Assembly (NCBI GenBank): GCA_039024555.1
Contig: JBCCQQ010000014.1
Coordinates: forward strand, 40,065-104,064
DNA length: 64,000 nt
DNA from: Cyanobacteria bacterium P01_D01_bin.156
GTDB taxonomy: Bacteria; Cyanobacteriota; Cyanobacteriia; Phormidesmidales; Phormidesmidaceae
Direction: 5' to 3'
In this document: positions 1 to 9,968 of the stretch, piece after piece
Numbering within the stretch: position 1 is the first letter of the stretch
Layout of the letters: each line of letters begins with the position of its first letter
The notes under the pieces: generated by a model
Told to the model about the DNA's origin: nothing
Seen by the model: only the letters and a program-made list of their open reading frames with translations
The model's database searches: none
Position numbers and translations under genes: made by a program

Positions 1-1
1 T

Positions 2-1342
2 GGCCATACAGAAGAAGAACGTGCAGAGATGGCTCGGGAATGCCGGAGATTAATAGGAGTAAGAGGACAAGAGCATGTTCAGCAGTTAGCCAGAACACCT
101 TTACTTTTGACTTTGCTCTGCTCAGTTTATGAGAAAAATCTTAATTTCCCAAAAAATAAATCGCTTCTGATTTCCCGTGCACTGTCTGTGGTTATGCAGG
201 ATTGGGTGAAGGGCAGATCTGTTGAGTATTCTCAGGAGCATAAGTTTTTAGATCCAGACCTTCAGGAGGATTTGCTGTCGGATATCGCTTATTCCCAATT
301 TGAAGAAGGCAATATTGTTTTTTATCGAAACAACATACTGGAAGTCTTTTTGGAAGGTATTGAAGGTAATCGAAATGCTTCAAAGTCTCTAAATGGGGAA
401 TCGGTTTTACAGATTACAGAGGTCCAGCAAGGCATTCTTGTTAAGCTATATCCAAAGATTTATTCCTTTTCTCATTTTACATTACAAGAGTATTTTGTTG
501 CGCGGTACATCGTTGACAATGAAGAGTTGAATGAACTTATCTCATCGTATCTTTTTGTGGAGAGATGGAGGGAGGTTTTTGTCTTGGCCTCAGGATTAAT
601 AAGAGGGAGGAAAAATCCTGAGTTTTTTTTGTTTTCTATAAAAGATGAATTGAATAAATACTACGAACAGCATGAGTTAGAGGGCGTAGTTCATTTCTCT
701 AATTCACTTGTTTCTTCCGATCATTCAGATTATCTCTATGCAGGTAAGTTAGCTGCATTCGTATATATCATAAGAACGTTTCTGGCCTTGGCTCGTTTTG
801 AAATTGAATTTGATGCGCTTAAGGATCCCTTGTGTTTAAGAGCTTTACATTTAAGCTCTTCTCTCGGGCTTTTCCCAAATCCTGATGATTTTGTTGCTTT
901 TGGGTTTATATTAGATGCCTTGTTTCATTTTGCCATTCTTAAGAGCGATTTACCTTCCATGAAGGGAGTAAGACTCCGTGGTACTTCTTATAGGGTTAAT
1001 GCTACATGTGAAAATGCATTTAAGAGGATGGAGTATTTGGAAGAGATAGGAATTTTTAATCCGCGGAGCATCTTGAATATAAAAAAAATAATGCAGCATT
1101 ATGGAGATGAAAACTTTCCTGTACCTCCAGACGAGAATAGCAAAAAGAAGCTTATTTATGAAATCTTAAGTTTATATCTCAAGGCTTTAGGCATAAATAA
1201 ATCGGTGTTAAAGATAGTGGCTATAAAGAATGACTCTTTAGGTGCCTTCTTCTATGGAACAGACTTGCTTGTATGTTGTATGAAAGCATCTGCACGCATT
1301 TCTCCTGATGTATGGGATGAGCTTAGTACTCAGCTCATTTAA
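2..1342 (+). CDS. NACHT (STAND) NTPase, C-terminal part (5' truncated by window edge)
   Basis: Frame is open from position 2. Contains the post-NACHT motifs 'LARTPLLLTLLC' and 'YSFSHFTLQEYFVARYI...WREVF'. Visibly AT-richer than its neighbours. Confidence 0.85.
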   Translation, partial: GHTEEERAEMARECRRLIGVRGQEHVQQLARTPLLLTLLCSVYEKNLNFPKNKSLLISRALSVVMQDWVKGRSVEYSQEHKFLDPDLQEDLLSDIAYSQFEEGNIVFYRNNILEVFLEGIEGNRNASKSLNGESVLQITEVQQGILVKLYPKIYSFSHFTLQEYFVARYIVDNEELNELISSYLFVERWREVFVLASGLIRGRKNPEFFLFSIKDELNKYYEQHELEGVVHFSNSLVSSDHSDYLYAGKLAAFVYIIRTFLALARFEIEFDALKDPLCLRALHLSSSLGLFPNPDDFVAFGFILDALFHFAILKSDLPSMKGVRLRGTSYRVNATCENAFKRMEYLEEIGIFNPRSILNIKKIMQHYGDENFPVPPDENSKKKLIYEILSLYLKALGINKSVLKIVAIKNDSLGAFFYGTDLLVCCMKASARISPDVWDELSTQLI

Positions 1343-1674
1343 ACTGATAGTATTTAGCCTGTCTCTGTCGAATACTTTTTAAGATTACTAATAGTATGGG
1401 CTTTTTGCTTCTTAGTGGGCTTTCCCAAGCTTAATGCAACTAAGGCAATCCGTCTGCAACAGTTTTTTATCTGCCATCATAGGGGAATGGTTTCAACTCT
1501 CTATGTGCCATCCCCATTAATACATTAGTATTTTCGCATTAATACGCACATGAGCTAATCATGTCGCTACTGAACTTTTAACTCATGTTTTGTGAGCTTA
1601 GAGTAAACAGAATGCTGTATTGATGAAGTTCAGTTTCCATGGTCTCCGCATTTACCGCGATCTTCAAGCAGCAT

Positions 1675-3033
1675 CTATTCAGAGGTGTGTGCTAACTCTT
1701 TAGGAAGTCGAGTAGCCCTTAAAATCAACCATGCGGAGCCCATAAACCAAAGGGCTGCAATAATAAACGCCGTTCTCATCACTCCGCCAATATAACCTCT
1801 CAGGTCTTGAACATAGCTCGCGGTATAGGCCAAGGAAATGGCACCTACAAGATTATTGTTAGAGTCTCGAATCGGCGCGTAGATGTAGTAAAACCAATCA
1901 TCAAAGACATTATTAAAACGGCGCTGAGACCTTGTAATCTCAGTTTGGAGACCATCTAGCTGTGCTTGACCAGAGGCATCAACCACCTGCCGAAAGGCAT
2001 AGCCTGCGCCTGGTTTTAAATCTCGAGCAATGTCCCCGATAATTTCTATCTGGCGAGGATTTTGGGAGCGGATGTAGGTTTCAGGGTAAGCATCGGGCAC
2101 GAGTACATGAATTGTGTTGAGCCACTGCTGATGCTTTTGATAAAGAGGGTTGTTTTGGTAGTAAGCGGCATTGTTTGGCGGAAACTGTGCCAGCTTGGCA
2201 AATTCATCCCCATCAATCCCCTGGACAGCGGTATTTAAGGTGGTTGCCATGTCCGCAGCGATCTCTCTTCTCACATGACCACTGAGGGATAAATCGATGG
2301 CCAGGAGCCCCAAACTAATAAAGATTAAGTTAGCGATGACCGTTGTTAGAACCACCAGATACTTGGCTTTTTGACGCGATCGCACAATCGCCTCATTGGC
2401 ATCCAAGCTTGCCCCAACATAGTCCGCATGAACGTCTGTCGGTCTTGGATCCTTATTGACTCCCTGGGTCAGCCATTGTCCGGCTTCTTTTAGATCGCGG
2501 CCCCGCAGTAAGTAGCTAGCATCGCGATGCTTAGTGTCCCATTCCAAGGCCCGTACCAACAGTCGAGTGTGGGTAGAAACATGGTCTAAATCTGTATCTA
2601 ACGCCTCTAAGAGGTCTTGAAATGCCGTTTTAAGGTTGTCGGTTTCTCGAAAGAATAACCAGTTATGTCGTGAGATTGACGAATGTACTTGCTGTGGATC
2701 AAACCCCTCTCGTCGAATAATGGGAAGAAACCGTTTATTGCACTTAGTAGCATACTCAATCTCATCGAGACACACCTTAGATGCAATGGAATCCGGAGTA
2801 ACAACAAAAAGAAATGTGTCTGCGGACTCAATACCCCGTTTAATAGAGTTCCACCAATCTTCCCCTTTGCGGATATCATCCCAGTCGATCCAAGGGTCAC
2901 GACCGATCTTACGAAATGCTTGCTCTAGAATTTCCACAAACGCTTTATCCCTACGGGAATAAGAGATAAAGACATCGTTAGTGCGGCTGGACTGTTGCTT
3001 TGGGGCCTCGGCTGAAGAGGGTTGGGAAGACAT
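1675..3033 (-). CDS. TIR-domain membrane protein (TIR - helical linker - TM - extracytoplasmic domain - TM)
   Basis: N-terminal 'DVFISYSRRD...PWIDWDDI...SKVCLDEIEYA' is TIR_2-like. Two hydrophobic helices ('YLVVLTTVIANLIFISLGLLAI', 'AFIIAALWFMGSAWLIL') flank a ~170-aa domain. Confidence 0.85.
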   Translation of the reverse strand: MSSQPSSAEAPKQQSSRTNDVFISYSRRDKAFVEILEQAFRKIGRDPWIDWDDIRKGEDWWNSIKRGIESADTFLFVVTPDSIASKVCLDEIEYATKCNKRFLPIIRREGFDPQQVHSSISRHNWLFFRETDNLKTAFQDLLEALDTDLDHVSTHTRLLVRALEWDTKHRDASYLLRGRDLKEAGQWLTQGVNKDPRPTDVHADYVGASLDANEAIVRSRQKAKYLVVLTTVIANLIFISLGLLAIDLSLSGHVRREIAADMATTLNTAVQGIDGDEFAKLAQFPPNNAAYYQNNPLYQKHQQWLNTIHVLVPDAYPETYIRSQNPRQIEIIGDIARDLKPGAGYAFRQVVDASGQAQLDGLQTEITRSQRRFNNVFDDWFYYIYAPIRDSNNNLVGAISLAYTASYVQDLRGYIGGVMRTAFIIAALWFMGSAWLILRATRLPKELAHTSE

Positions 3034-3054
3034 AATCCATTTTCGCAGATACAG

Positions 3055-3933
3055 TTATCGTCTAGAGGGGCGACCTAATAACAACTTAGTGATAGCACTC
3101 CGCGCACTTGCTGGTCGAGGACGATTCAGCAACCAGCGTAAGGGCGGAAAGGCAATTTCGTCCGGCAGCAAGATAGCAATAAATTCGAAGGGAAGTAACA
3201 AGTATGTAGTGTTACTCTCCTGTTGGTCCGTAATGTAGCGAATACCTAAACGCAGCTGCAAACTGTAGGCTAAAGCCTGACTATCCATATCCATTAAAGG
3301 ACTCGATAAGGACGCAATCACATCGCCCATATCCACCAGGGGCATACCTGGCTGTAAGGTGCCGCTATTGGGATCCAAACTTAAACAGCCCTCTCCAGTG
3401 ACGCTCGTACCAAAACTTTCGCCAGGGTTGACCACGCTAAATATTTGAGATCGCGATAGATCCCCCGCAAAGGGAACACCTGCCCGAAACACTCGCTGAG
3501 TTTGACGAGATTCATCGGTGGTAATGGAGCTATTGTCCCAGTCGATATACACTTGGGCATCTTCTGTGCCATTGTCAACAGACACACTTAAACCCGGTAG
3601 AGCCATGTTTCGGCTCATATTGCCCATGGGTCCAACGGTAACCTTAACCTTATATATCTGTTTTGGATCGTAGGGAGAGGCGACCTTGAGCGATAGATAA
3701 GGGGGGCGCTTCAGCCCCCGAAACTCAAGTTGTTCCACAGCAGCTGTAACTTTAGGTTGAGATGGGGATGACTGACGCTCTAACTGTTGATTGGTTTGTC
3801 CCTCTAAAAACTCACGATCCAGCTCCACCCGGACCTTATCTTCCAAGTTACTTTCTACCGCTAGGGCCATTTGGTAGAGCACATAGATCACTACCAAAAA
3901 GTAGATAGTCAAAATTAGAACGTCATTACCCAT
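3055..3933 (-). CDS. Hypothetical membrane-anchored protein
   Basis: Long ORF. Likely ATG at 3933 (MGNDVLILTIYFLVVIYVLYQM) gives an N-terminal TM helix. Confidence 0.7.
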   Translation of the reverse strand: MGNDVLILTIYFLVVIYVLYQMALAVESNLEDKVRVELDREFLEGQTNQQLERQSSPSQPKVTAAVEQLEFRGLKRPPYLSLKVASPYDPKQIYKVKVTVGPMGNMSRNMALPGLSVSVDNGTEDAQVYIDWDNSSITTDESRQTQRVFRAGVPFAGDLSRSQIFSVVNPGESFGTSVTGEGCLSLDPNSGTLQPGMPLVDMGDVIASLSSPLMDMDSQALAYSLQLRLGIRYITDQQESNTTYLLLPFEFIAILLPDEIAFPPLRWLLNRPRPASARSAITKLLLGRPSRR

Positions 3934-4029
3934 GGTGTGACCTATCCACAGCCCCGTCGATATACTACTGATGACGCCAGGTGGCGCACCTTTGGCAGGA
4001 TCGTCAATACTGACGTACCCCAAAGGTGC

Positions 4030-5520
4030 CTATAGATTACACCGATTTTTAGAAAGTGTGCCCTGGATTGGGGGATTTGATATTGCTGTGGGCGTCGAGG
4101 CAGGATTTACCTGGGTTTTCCAATACTTTTCTAAATTGCGGGCCACCTGGTTGGACAGTAGTAGCAGCCCCAGCATGTTGGGAATACCCAGGGCAAACAC
4201 AAGGATGTCGCTAAAGCGAATGACCGTATTTAGACTAATGGCTGTGCCTGCAAAACAACCGGTAATGTAAAGCAGTTTATAGAGAAGCAAACCGCGATCG
4301 CGAAGTAAATAGCGCCAGCAGGCTTCACCGTAGTAAAAACACGAAATAATTGTCGAAAAACTAAATAGACCGACAATAATCGCCAGGCCCCATTCCATCA
4401 TGGGCACTTCCACTGCAAAGGCACGGGTGGTCAGTTCGATACCATTGACCATCCCGCCCGGTTCGTAAACTCCCGTCAGCAAACAAACCAGAGCCGTTAG
4501 ATTACAAACAATCACCGTATCGATCAGGGGTTCCACCATGGCAACAATCCCTTCTCGCACTGGCTCAGAATTTTTAGTGGCCGCGTGGGCAATGGCGGCG
4601 GCTCCGGTGCCAGCACCGTTGGAAAAGAATCCCCGCTGCAGCCCCTGCATCATCACCCCGATAATGCCCCCTTCAATGGCAACCGGATGCCAGGCCGAGT
4701 GCCAGACCAGACCGCCTACGTCGGGAATGTCGCCCAGGTGATGAAAAATAATCCACAGGGCTGCGGCAAGATATAGGCCCACCATAGTAGGCACAATGGT
4801 GGAGGCCACCTGGGCAATCCGCTGCAGCCCTCCGATAATCACAGCCGCCACCACCAGAGATAGGCCCAGACCGTACACTCGCGGATCGCTCAACCAGTCC
4901 CAGTGCATCCGTTCTGCTAAAGCAGCGACCGCTATGCCCGACTGATTCGCTTGAAACATATTGCCGCCACTTAGGGCACCCACCATACTCAGCATGGCAA
5001 AGGTAACGGCCAGCAACTGCCCCATGGGTTTCAGGCCGCGCTCCGCTAACCCTTGACTCAAATAGTACATAGGGCCACCAAACACATGACCGCCTTGGAC
5101 AACGCGGTACTCTTGGGCCAAGGTACATTCGGTGAATTTGGTGGTCATACCCAACAGCCCGGCCAGGGTCATCCAGAGGACTGCACCGGGTCCACCGATT
5201 TGGAGTGCGATCGCAACACCCGCAATGTTGCCTAACCCCACCGTTGCCGACATGGCCGTCGCTAATGCTTGAAAGTGGCTAACTTCCCCTTGATCATCTG
5301 GGTCATCATAGGCACCCCGGACCACTTTGAGACTGTGCGCCAACCCTCGCAGGTTGATAAACCCCATACGCAGCGTCAGATATATGGAGCCGCCCACCAG
5401 CCAGAGCACAATTAAGGGCATGCCCCAAAGTTTAAAAAACAGGCTACGCTCCAGCAGCGTCACCAGCATTTCAAAGCTCTGGTCAAGGTTTGTCAGCAGT
5501 TGATTCAATGCCACCATCAC
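4030..5520 (-). CDS. Alanine/glycine:cation symporter (AGCS family)
   Basis: Motifs 'SHFQALATAMSATVGLGNIAGVA', 'GGPGAVLWM' and 'GGPMYY'; many TM helices. Confidence 0.95.
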   Translation of the reverse strand: MMVALNQLLTNLDQSFEMLVTLLERSLFFKLWGMPLIVLWLVGGSIYLTLRMGFINLRGLAHSLKVVRGAYDDPDDQGEVSHFQALATAMSATVGLGNIAGVAIALQIGGPGAVLWMTLAGLLGMTTKFTECTLAQEYRVVQGGHVFGGPMYYLSQGLAERGLKPMGQLLAVTFAMLSMVGALSGGNMFQANQSGIAVAALAERMHWDWLSDPRVYGLGLSLVVAAVIIGGLQRIAQVASTIVPTMVGLYLAAALWIIFHHLGDIPDVGGLVWHSAWHPVAIEGGIIGVMMQGLQRGFFSNGAGTGAAAIAHAATKNSEPVREGIVAMVEPLIDTVIVCNLTALVCLLTGVYEPGGMVNGIELTTRAFAVEVPMMEWGLAIIVGLFSFSTIISCFYYGEACWRYLLRDRGLLLYKLLYITGCFAGTAISLNTVIRFSDILVFALGIPNMLGLLLLSNQVARNLEKYWKTQVNPASTPTAISNPPIQGTLSKNRCNL

Positions 5521-5674
5521 CCCTGCAAACCTCGATAACCGTGTTTAAAGCAATGAGTTAATCGTGGAGGCATTGAGGTGAGTTAATGAGATTAACAAGG
5601 TGTTTTTACTATTGTAAATGCATGTAAACGTAGATTGCGTAGCGATAGCCCACGCCGGGTTAAAAACCTAGCGC

Positions 5675-6631
5675 TCATAAATCAGAAATCACCTTCACCT
5701 GCCCATACAGCCGTTCCATTTCTGGCACGTTTACCCCCAGCTGCTTAGCAGCCCGCACTGGATTACCCAAAATCGCTTCTACCTCCAGCGGGCGGCCTTC
5801 ATCAAAATCAATTTTCATACTGGTACGATAGGGCTTCATGCGGACCGTTGCCCCCATCATCTCCGTCGCAAAACTCATGGGAATTGCCCGCTCTGCCCCC
5901 GCCGCCGCATCCAGGCTGGTCGCCCAAGTATTGCCAGTGGTGATCACCTCGGTCATCAGGGTATAAATTTTCTGTTTTATCGCCGCATCTGCCATCAATT
6001 CATCGGTTGTTGCATTCAAAGCCACCGATAGTCCGTTGTAGGGCACATTCCACACCAGCTTGCGCCAGCGAGTCATAAACAAATCATCGGTGACTAAAAT
6101 GGGAATTTTTGCATTGCGCAGATCATCAACGATGGCTTCCATGGCTGGGGTGAGCGTTCGTTTTTGATTCGTGACGCTGTAAGCCCCCAGCTGAATTTTG
6201 CCGTAGTCCAAATGTCGGATATGTCCTGGTCCTACTTTATTCGAACAAACAAAGCACAGTCCTCCCATAATCTGTTCCGGTGACACCAGCTGGAGAATAT
6301 CTGATTCAATATCCAGCCCGTTTTGTAAGACCAGAACAACAGCATTCTCTTTTAAGGGAGGTAACAGTTTTGAGAGATGGTAATTTTGAGTTGTCTTTAA
6401 AGCGATAACAACGACATCTGCGATTGGTATATTTTCTGGATTGTTATAGGCATTCACCTGGGGCAAAAGGAGATCGCCATCTATCGACTCTACGGTTAGG
6501 CCATGGTGTTTTACATGATCGTAGTCGCTACGCAATAGAAAATGTACGTCACATCCACTCTGCTGCAGTCGTGCTCCGTAGTAACCACCGATGGCACCGG
6601 TACCAATAATGGCGTAACGTTTAGTCGACAT
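5675..6631 (-). CDS. panE: 2-dehydropantoate 2-reductase (ketopantoate reductase)
   Basis: Rossmann 'IIGTGAIGGYYG', plus 'LQNGL', 'WRKLVWN' and 'TSMKIDF..GRPLEVEAI'. Likely ATG at 6631. Confidence 0.9.
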   Translation of the reverse strand: MSTKRYAIIGTGAIGGYYGARLQQSGCDVHFLLRSDYDHVKHHGLTVESIDGDLLLPQVNAYNNPENIPIADVVVIALKTTQNYHLSKLLPPLKENAVVLVLQNGLDIESDILQLVSPEQIMGGLCFVCSNKVGPGHIRHLDYGKIQLGAYSVTNQKRTLTPAMEAIVDDLRNAKIPILVTDDLFMTRWRKLVWNVPYNGLSVALNATTDELMADAAIKQKIYTLMTEVITTGNTWATSLDAAAGAERAIPMSFATEMMGATVRMKPYRTSMKIDFDEGRPLEVEAILGNPVRAAKQLGVNVPEMERLYGQVKVISDL

Positions 6632-6702
6632 ACAAAATCCCCCACTGACTGCGTTCATCATTGTATGGGAGCAGTGCAGGTCTGGACGAAATGAGCGGCA
6701 AT

Positions 6703-7158
6703 ATGGAGACAACGACATCGAACCACCTATGGTTACCTGTAATCCTAATAGGTGTCAGTGGTCTAGGCATTTACTGGTATGGCACAACTTTAACAAAAGC
6801 CCGTAACACGGTGCATTGGTCGCCTGCAGCGGGTTATGTTACCCGTTCTGAAGTTGTCTATGATCCGACGATATCGAAAGCTAATCGTTATTTTCAATAT
6901 GCTTACACAGTGGATGGGCAAGAGTTTGTTGGCAAACGTGTTACCTGGGGTAACGTGAGCACTTCAGGAACCAGTTTATTTCAGCCGGGTCAACAGGTAA
7001 CGGTATACGTAAATCCTGAGAACTCTCAGGAAGCTGTCTTACAGACTGGCATGGACAGATGGACCTGGGTACAGCTGGGTGTTTCATCCGCCATACATCT
7101 GTTGGGATGGTGGACCGTTCTATGTTTATTCTCCAGTCAGCAAGCTCCTGATTGTTAA
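6703..7158 (+). CDS. DUF3592-like membrane protein
   Basis: TM helix, then 'W....G.V..S', 'YAYTVDGQEF', 'GQQVTVYVNPENSQEAVL', then a second TM helix. Confidence 0.75.
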   Translation: METTTSNHLWLPVILIGVSGLGIYWYGTTLTKARNTVHWSPAAGYVTRSEVVYDPTISKANRYFQYAYTVDGQEFVGKRVTWGNVSTSGTSLFQPGQQVTVYVNPENSQEAVLQTGMDRWTWVQLGVSSAIHLLGWWTVLCLFSSQQAPDC

Positions 7159-7184
7159 ATCTAATTCTTTTAGGAATACACCCT

Positions 7185-7802
7185 ATGTTTGAATCTGAAG
7201 AGTTAATCCATCGTGTTTTTTGCGATCCATTACCGGCCCATTGTGAAGCGGCTTATATTTTTGGTCAGACTCCAGATAATGAATATTCTATCTTTCGACG
7301 GGCTCAGATTTTGGTGGAGCAACAACAAACATCAGCCATTTGGATTCCTGGCACAGAGGCCATGAGTGGTTATCCAGGTCAGGCAGTGTGGTGCGATCGC
7401 ATTGCCGCCTACATCCCCATCGAGCTAGTACAGACTGTACCCACAGGCCCCACCACCAGCCTAAATACCCTGATCGAAGCCCAAGCTACGGTGCGCTATG
7501 CCCAAACCCAGGGGGTCACTTCTTTACTGGTTGTTGCCACCCCCTTTCACCAGCAGCGGGCAGTGATGACCATAGTGACTGTTGCCATGGCGGAATACCC
7601 CACACTCCGAATTTATAGCGCCCCAGGGCTGGCCGTAGATTGGCAAGCGACGGTGGTCCATTCCCAGGGCATCCTCCGGGGGCAGTGTTACGAACTAATC
7701 TATAGCGAGCAGGAGCGCATCAATGAATATAGCAAGAAAGGCGATGTAGGCTCCCGCGAGGCGATATTAGACTACCTACGCCAGCGTGACAGCCAGGCCT
7801 AG
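7185..7802 (+). CDS. YdcF/DUF218 family protein
   Basis: Motifs 'SLNTLIEA' and 'LLVVATPFHQQRA'. Confidence 0.7.
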   Translation: MFESEELIHRVFCDPLPAHCEAAYIFGQTPDNEYSIFRRAQILVEQQQTSAIWIPGTEAMSGYPGQAVWCDRIAAYIPIELVQTVPTGPTTSLNTLIEAQATVRYAQTQGVTSLLVVATPFHQQRAVMTIVTVAMAEYPTLRIYSAPGLAVDWQATVVHSQGILRGQCYELIYSEQERINEYSKKGDVGSREAILDYLRQRDSQA

Positions 7803-8044
7803 GCCCGCGATATTTGTTGAAGCACCTGATGAATTATTCAAGCGTCACATGGCTAGGGAACACACCATAGCTCAAGTCATGGTGTTGTTCTCTTCAACGC
7901 TTCTACCCCCTTCACCCCACTGCTGTATGCGCCACCCCGCTGCTGCATACGACATAACCCTGGTTAACTCTCATTGAGGCTTCAGATACTCCATGGACAC
8001 AATGGGACCATGACACACCTTCCATTCGTCAAGGACCTGAAACC

Positions 8045-8980
8045 ATGGTGTTCACTCATGCCCAGAATTCTCTTGATTTAGCCGGCTATTTCCATCCCGA
8101 GCCCAATTACTTTCATACTCGGCAGCGTCTGAACTATTTAACCGAGCGTTATTTAGCACCAAATGTGTTGACCGAACGTCTGACAGATTTACCCAGCCAG
8201 TTTGTCAATCCCCACCAGCGCCCCTGGGAGAGATTTTCCTGGAAGACAATTTCACCAGAACAGATTGTTGGTGTAGATCCTAAGTTGTTTATTGGTCTAA
8301 TCTCATCCTCAGCCGAAGTGGAGGCTCCCATTCGTGCCTATGCTGAAATCAGTCGTGACTATTTGCAGACGATTCATCCCGAGATGACGCGTTTTGTTAG
8401 CGGTTCCTATGATAAGACCGGTCGATTGGTTGAAGTCGGTGTTTGGGAAAAGGAAGAACGCCAGCACACACCAATTTTTTGCAAAATCTATCAGCAGCTG
8501 ACGGGAGAGAAACTGGTGCCCCATTCCAACTCGATTACGGAGCTACCGACGGTAAGCAGTCCTTCGGAGGCACTTTACCGCCATGCGGTGCGGCGCATTA
8601 CCACTGAGTGGAGTGCAGTCTCAGTTTATTTGTGGTTGATGGCCCATTCTACCGGGGCGTTACAACAGGCGATCGCGCAACCGCTGCAGGATGAGGTAAA
8701 TCATCTGGCTAAGTTTTGGGGGATGACTCGCTGGGGCTTTGGGGATTCTGCTTCTCAGCGGATGGTGGCGATGATGAGTCAGCTGTTGAATATGTTCGAT
8801 CATCATAAAAGCGATCGCAGTGATAGCCAGGCCATCGTGAATTTCTCGAACATGCAGTACGGTGCTGAACTGGTATATATTTTCACCCGCGTTTTACGCC
8901 AGGTATGTAGCTGGAATGCCCATCTTCAGCCTGCGTTGTTGGAGGGCCTATTTGGTCAGCAGCCCGCCGTTGCAGCCTAA
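8045..8980 (+). CDS. Ferritin-like (diiron carboxylate) protein
   Basis: Paired ExxH motifs 'WEKEERQH' and 'QDEVNH' with upstream Glu residues (SAEVE, TTEWS). Confidence 0.75.
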   Translation: MVFTHAQNSLDLAGYFHPEPNYFHTRQRLNYLTERYLAPNVLTERLTDLPSQFVNPHQRPWERFSWKTISPEQIVGVDPKLFIGLISSSAEVEAPIRAYAEISRDYLQTIHPEMTRFVSGSYDKTGRLVEVGVWEKEERQHTPIFCKIYQQLTGEKLVPHSNSITELPTVSSPSEALYRHAVRRITTEWSAVSVYLWLMAHSTGALQQAIAQPLQDEVNHLAKFWGMTRWGFGDSASQRMVAMMSQLLNMFDHHKSDRSDSQAIVNFSNMQYGAELVYIFTRVLRQVCSWNAHLQPALLEGLFGQQPAVAA

Positions 8981-9045
8981 CCTCCCAGGGGAAAACGTGC
9001 TAAACGATCGATGGTAGGCTGCTGGATGCAGTGGCACGGCAACAG

Positions 9046-9648
9046 CTATGACCAAATGCGCTGTAGGTCCAAAATAAATCCAGGTAAGGTATCTTCCCCT
9101 GATAGTGTTTTTGGATCGTCTAAAACTTCTCTTTCCCGCCCGGATCGATACACTTCCACCTGTTTATCCTTGGGATTAATCAGCCATGCCAAGCTCACCC
9201 CATTGTCCATGTATTCCTGCATTTTATTTTGCAGCTTGGGGAGACTATCGGATGGGGAGCGTAACTCAATGACAAAATCAGGACAGAGGGGAATAAAGCC
9301 TTGGCGCTGTTCCGGCTTCAGGGCTTGCCAACGTTCTGTCTGAATCCAGGACACATCGGGGGAGCGGTCTGCGCCATTGGGCAATTGAAACCCCGTTGAG
9401 GAATCAAATGGAATGCCATGGCCCCCTTGTTCTTCGATCCATTTGACCAAGAAGTAGGCGATTTTAATATTGCGATGTCCGGTTTCTCCGCCAGTGGGTG
9501 GATTCACAATTAGCTCTCCTGCTGCGGACCGTTCAATTCTTAAGTCTCGATTGGCCAGGGCAATGGTTTCAAACTGCTGCTGATCTACCCGCAGGGTCAG
9601 GTCCAACGGAAATTCTAAAGCAAGTGTCTGGGGCGATACCTGGGACAT
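9046..9648 (-). CDS. Uma2/DUF820 family putative endonuclease
   Basis: Motifs 'FDSSTGFQLPNGADRSPDVSWI', 'LCPDFVIELRSPSD' and 'KMQEYMDNG'. Confidence 0.95.
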   Translation of the reverse strand: MSQVSPQTLALEFPLDLTLRVDQQQFETIALANRDLRIERSAAGELIVNPPTGGETGHRNIKIAYFLVKWIEEQGGHGIPFDSSTGFQLPNGADRSPDVSWIQTERWQALKPEQRQGFIPLCPDFVIELRSPSDSLPKLQNKMQEYMDNGVSLAWLINPKDKQVEVYRSGREREVLDDPKTLSGEDTLPGFILDLQRIWS

Positions 9649-9913
9649 ATGGCCGGGTTGTGCCGAAAAGAGTACATGTGCATCATAATAGAAAGGAATA
9701 AAGTAGCCGCTAAGAATGACTCAATAACGTTTGTAAATTTGCTTATCAAATTTTATGTGCGTTAATTCACGCTATTTGCTGTGTCTAGTTTGATATAGCT
9801 TTGACCACCTTTTTTAAATCGATGAATCAATAGGTGTACTGACCAAATCAAACATCAGCAGCATTCTATCCCTAAAACTCCCGCAAGCCCAATTACCAAT
9901 AGAGGTCAAAACA

Positions 9914-9948
9914 AAAGCCTTATTCTTTAAGATTAGGAATAAGGCTTT
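9914..9948 (-). terminator. Intrinsic terminator downstream of acidic peptide gene
   Basis: 12-bp stem AAAGCCTTATTC/GAATAAGGCTTT followed by a T-rich tail on the minus strand. Confidence 0.7.
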
Positions 9949-9968
9949 GATGAGAACTTCAATTACCC

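Noticed and set aside
9046..9648. Uma2 nuclease as a defence or mobile element
   Set aside because: This family is highly expanded in cyanobacteria, and there is no supporting context here.
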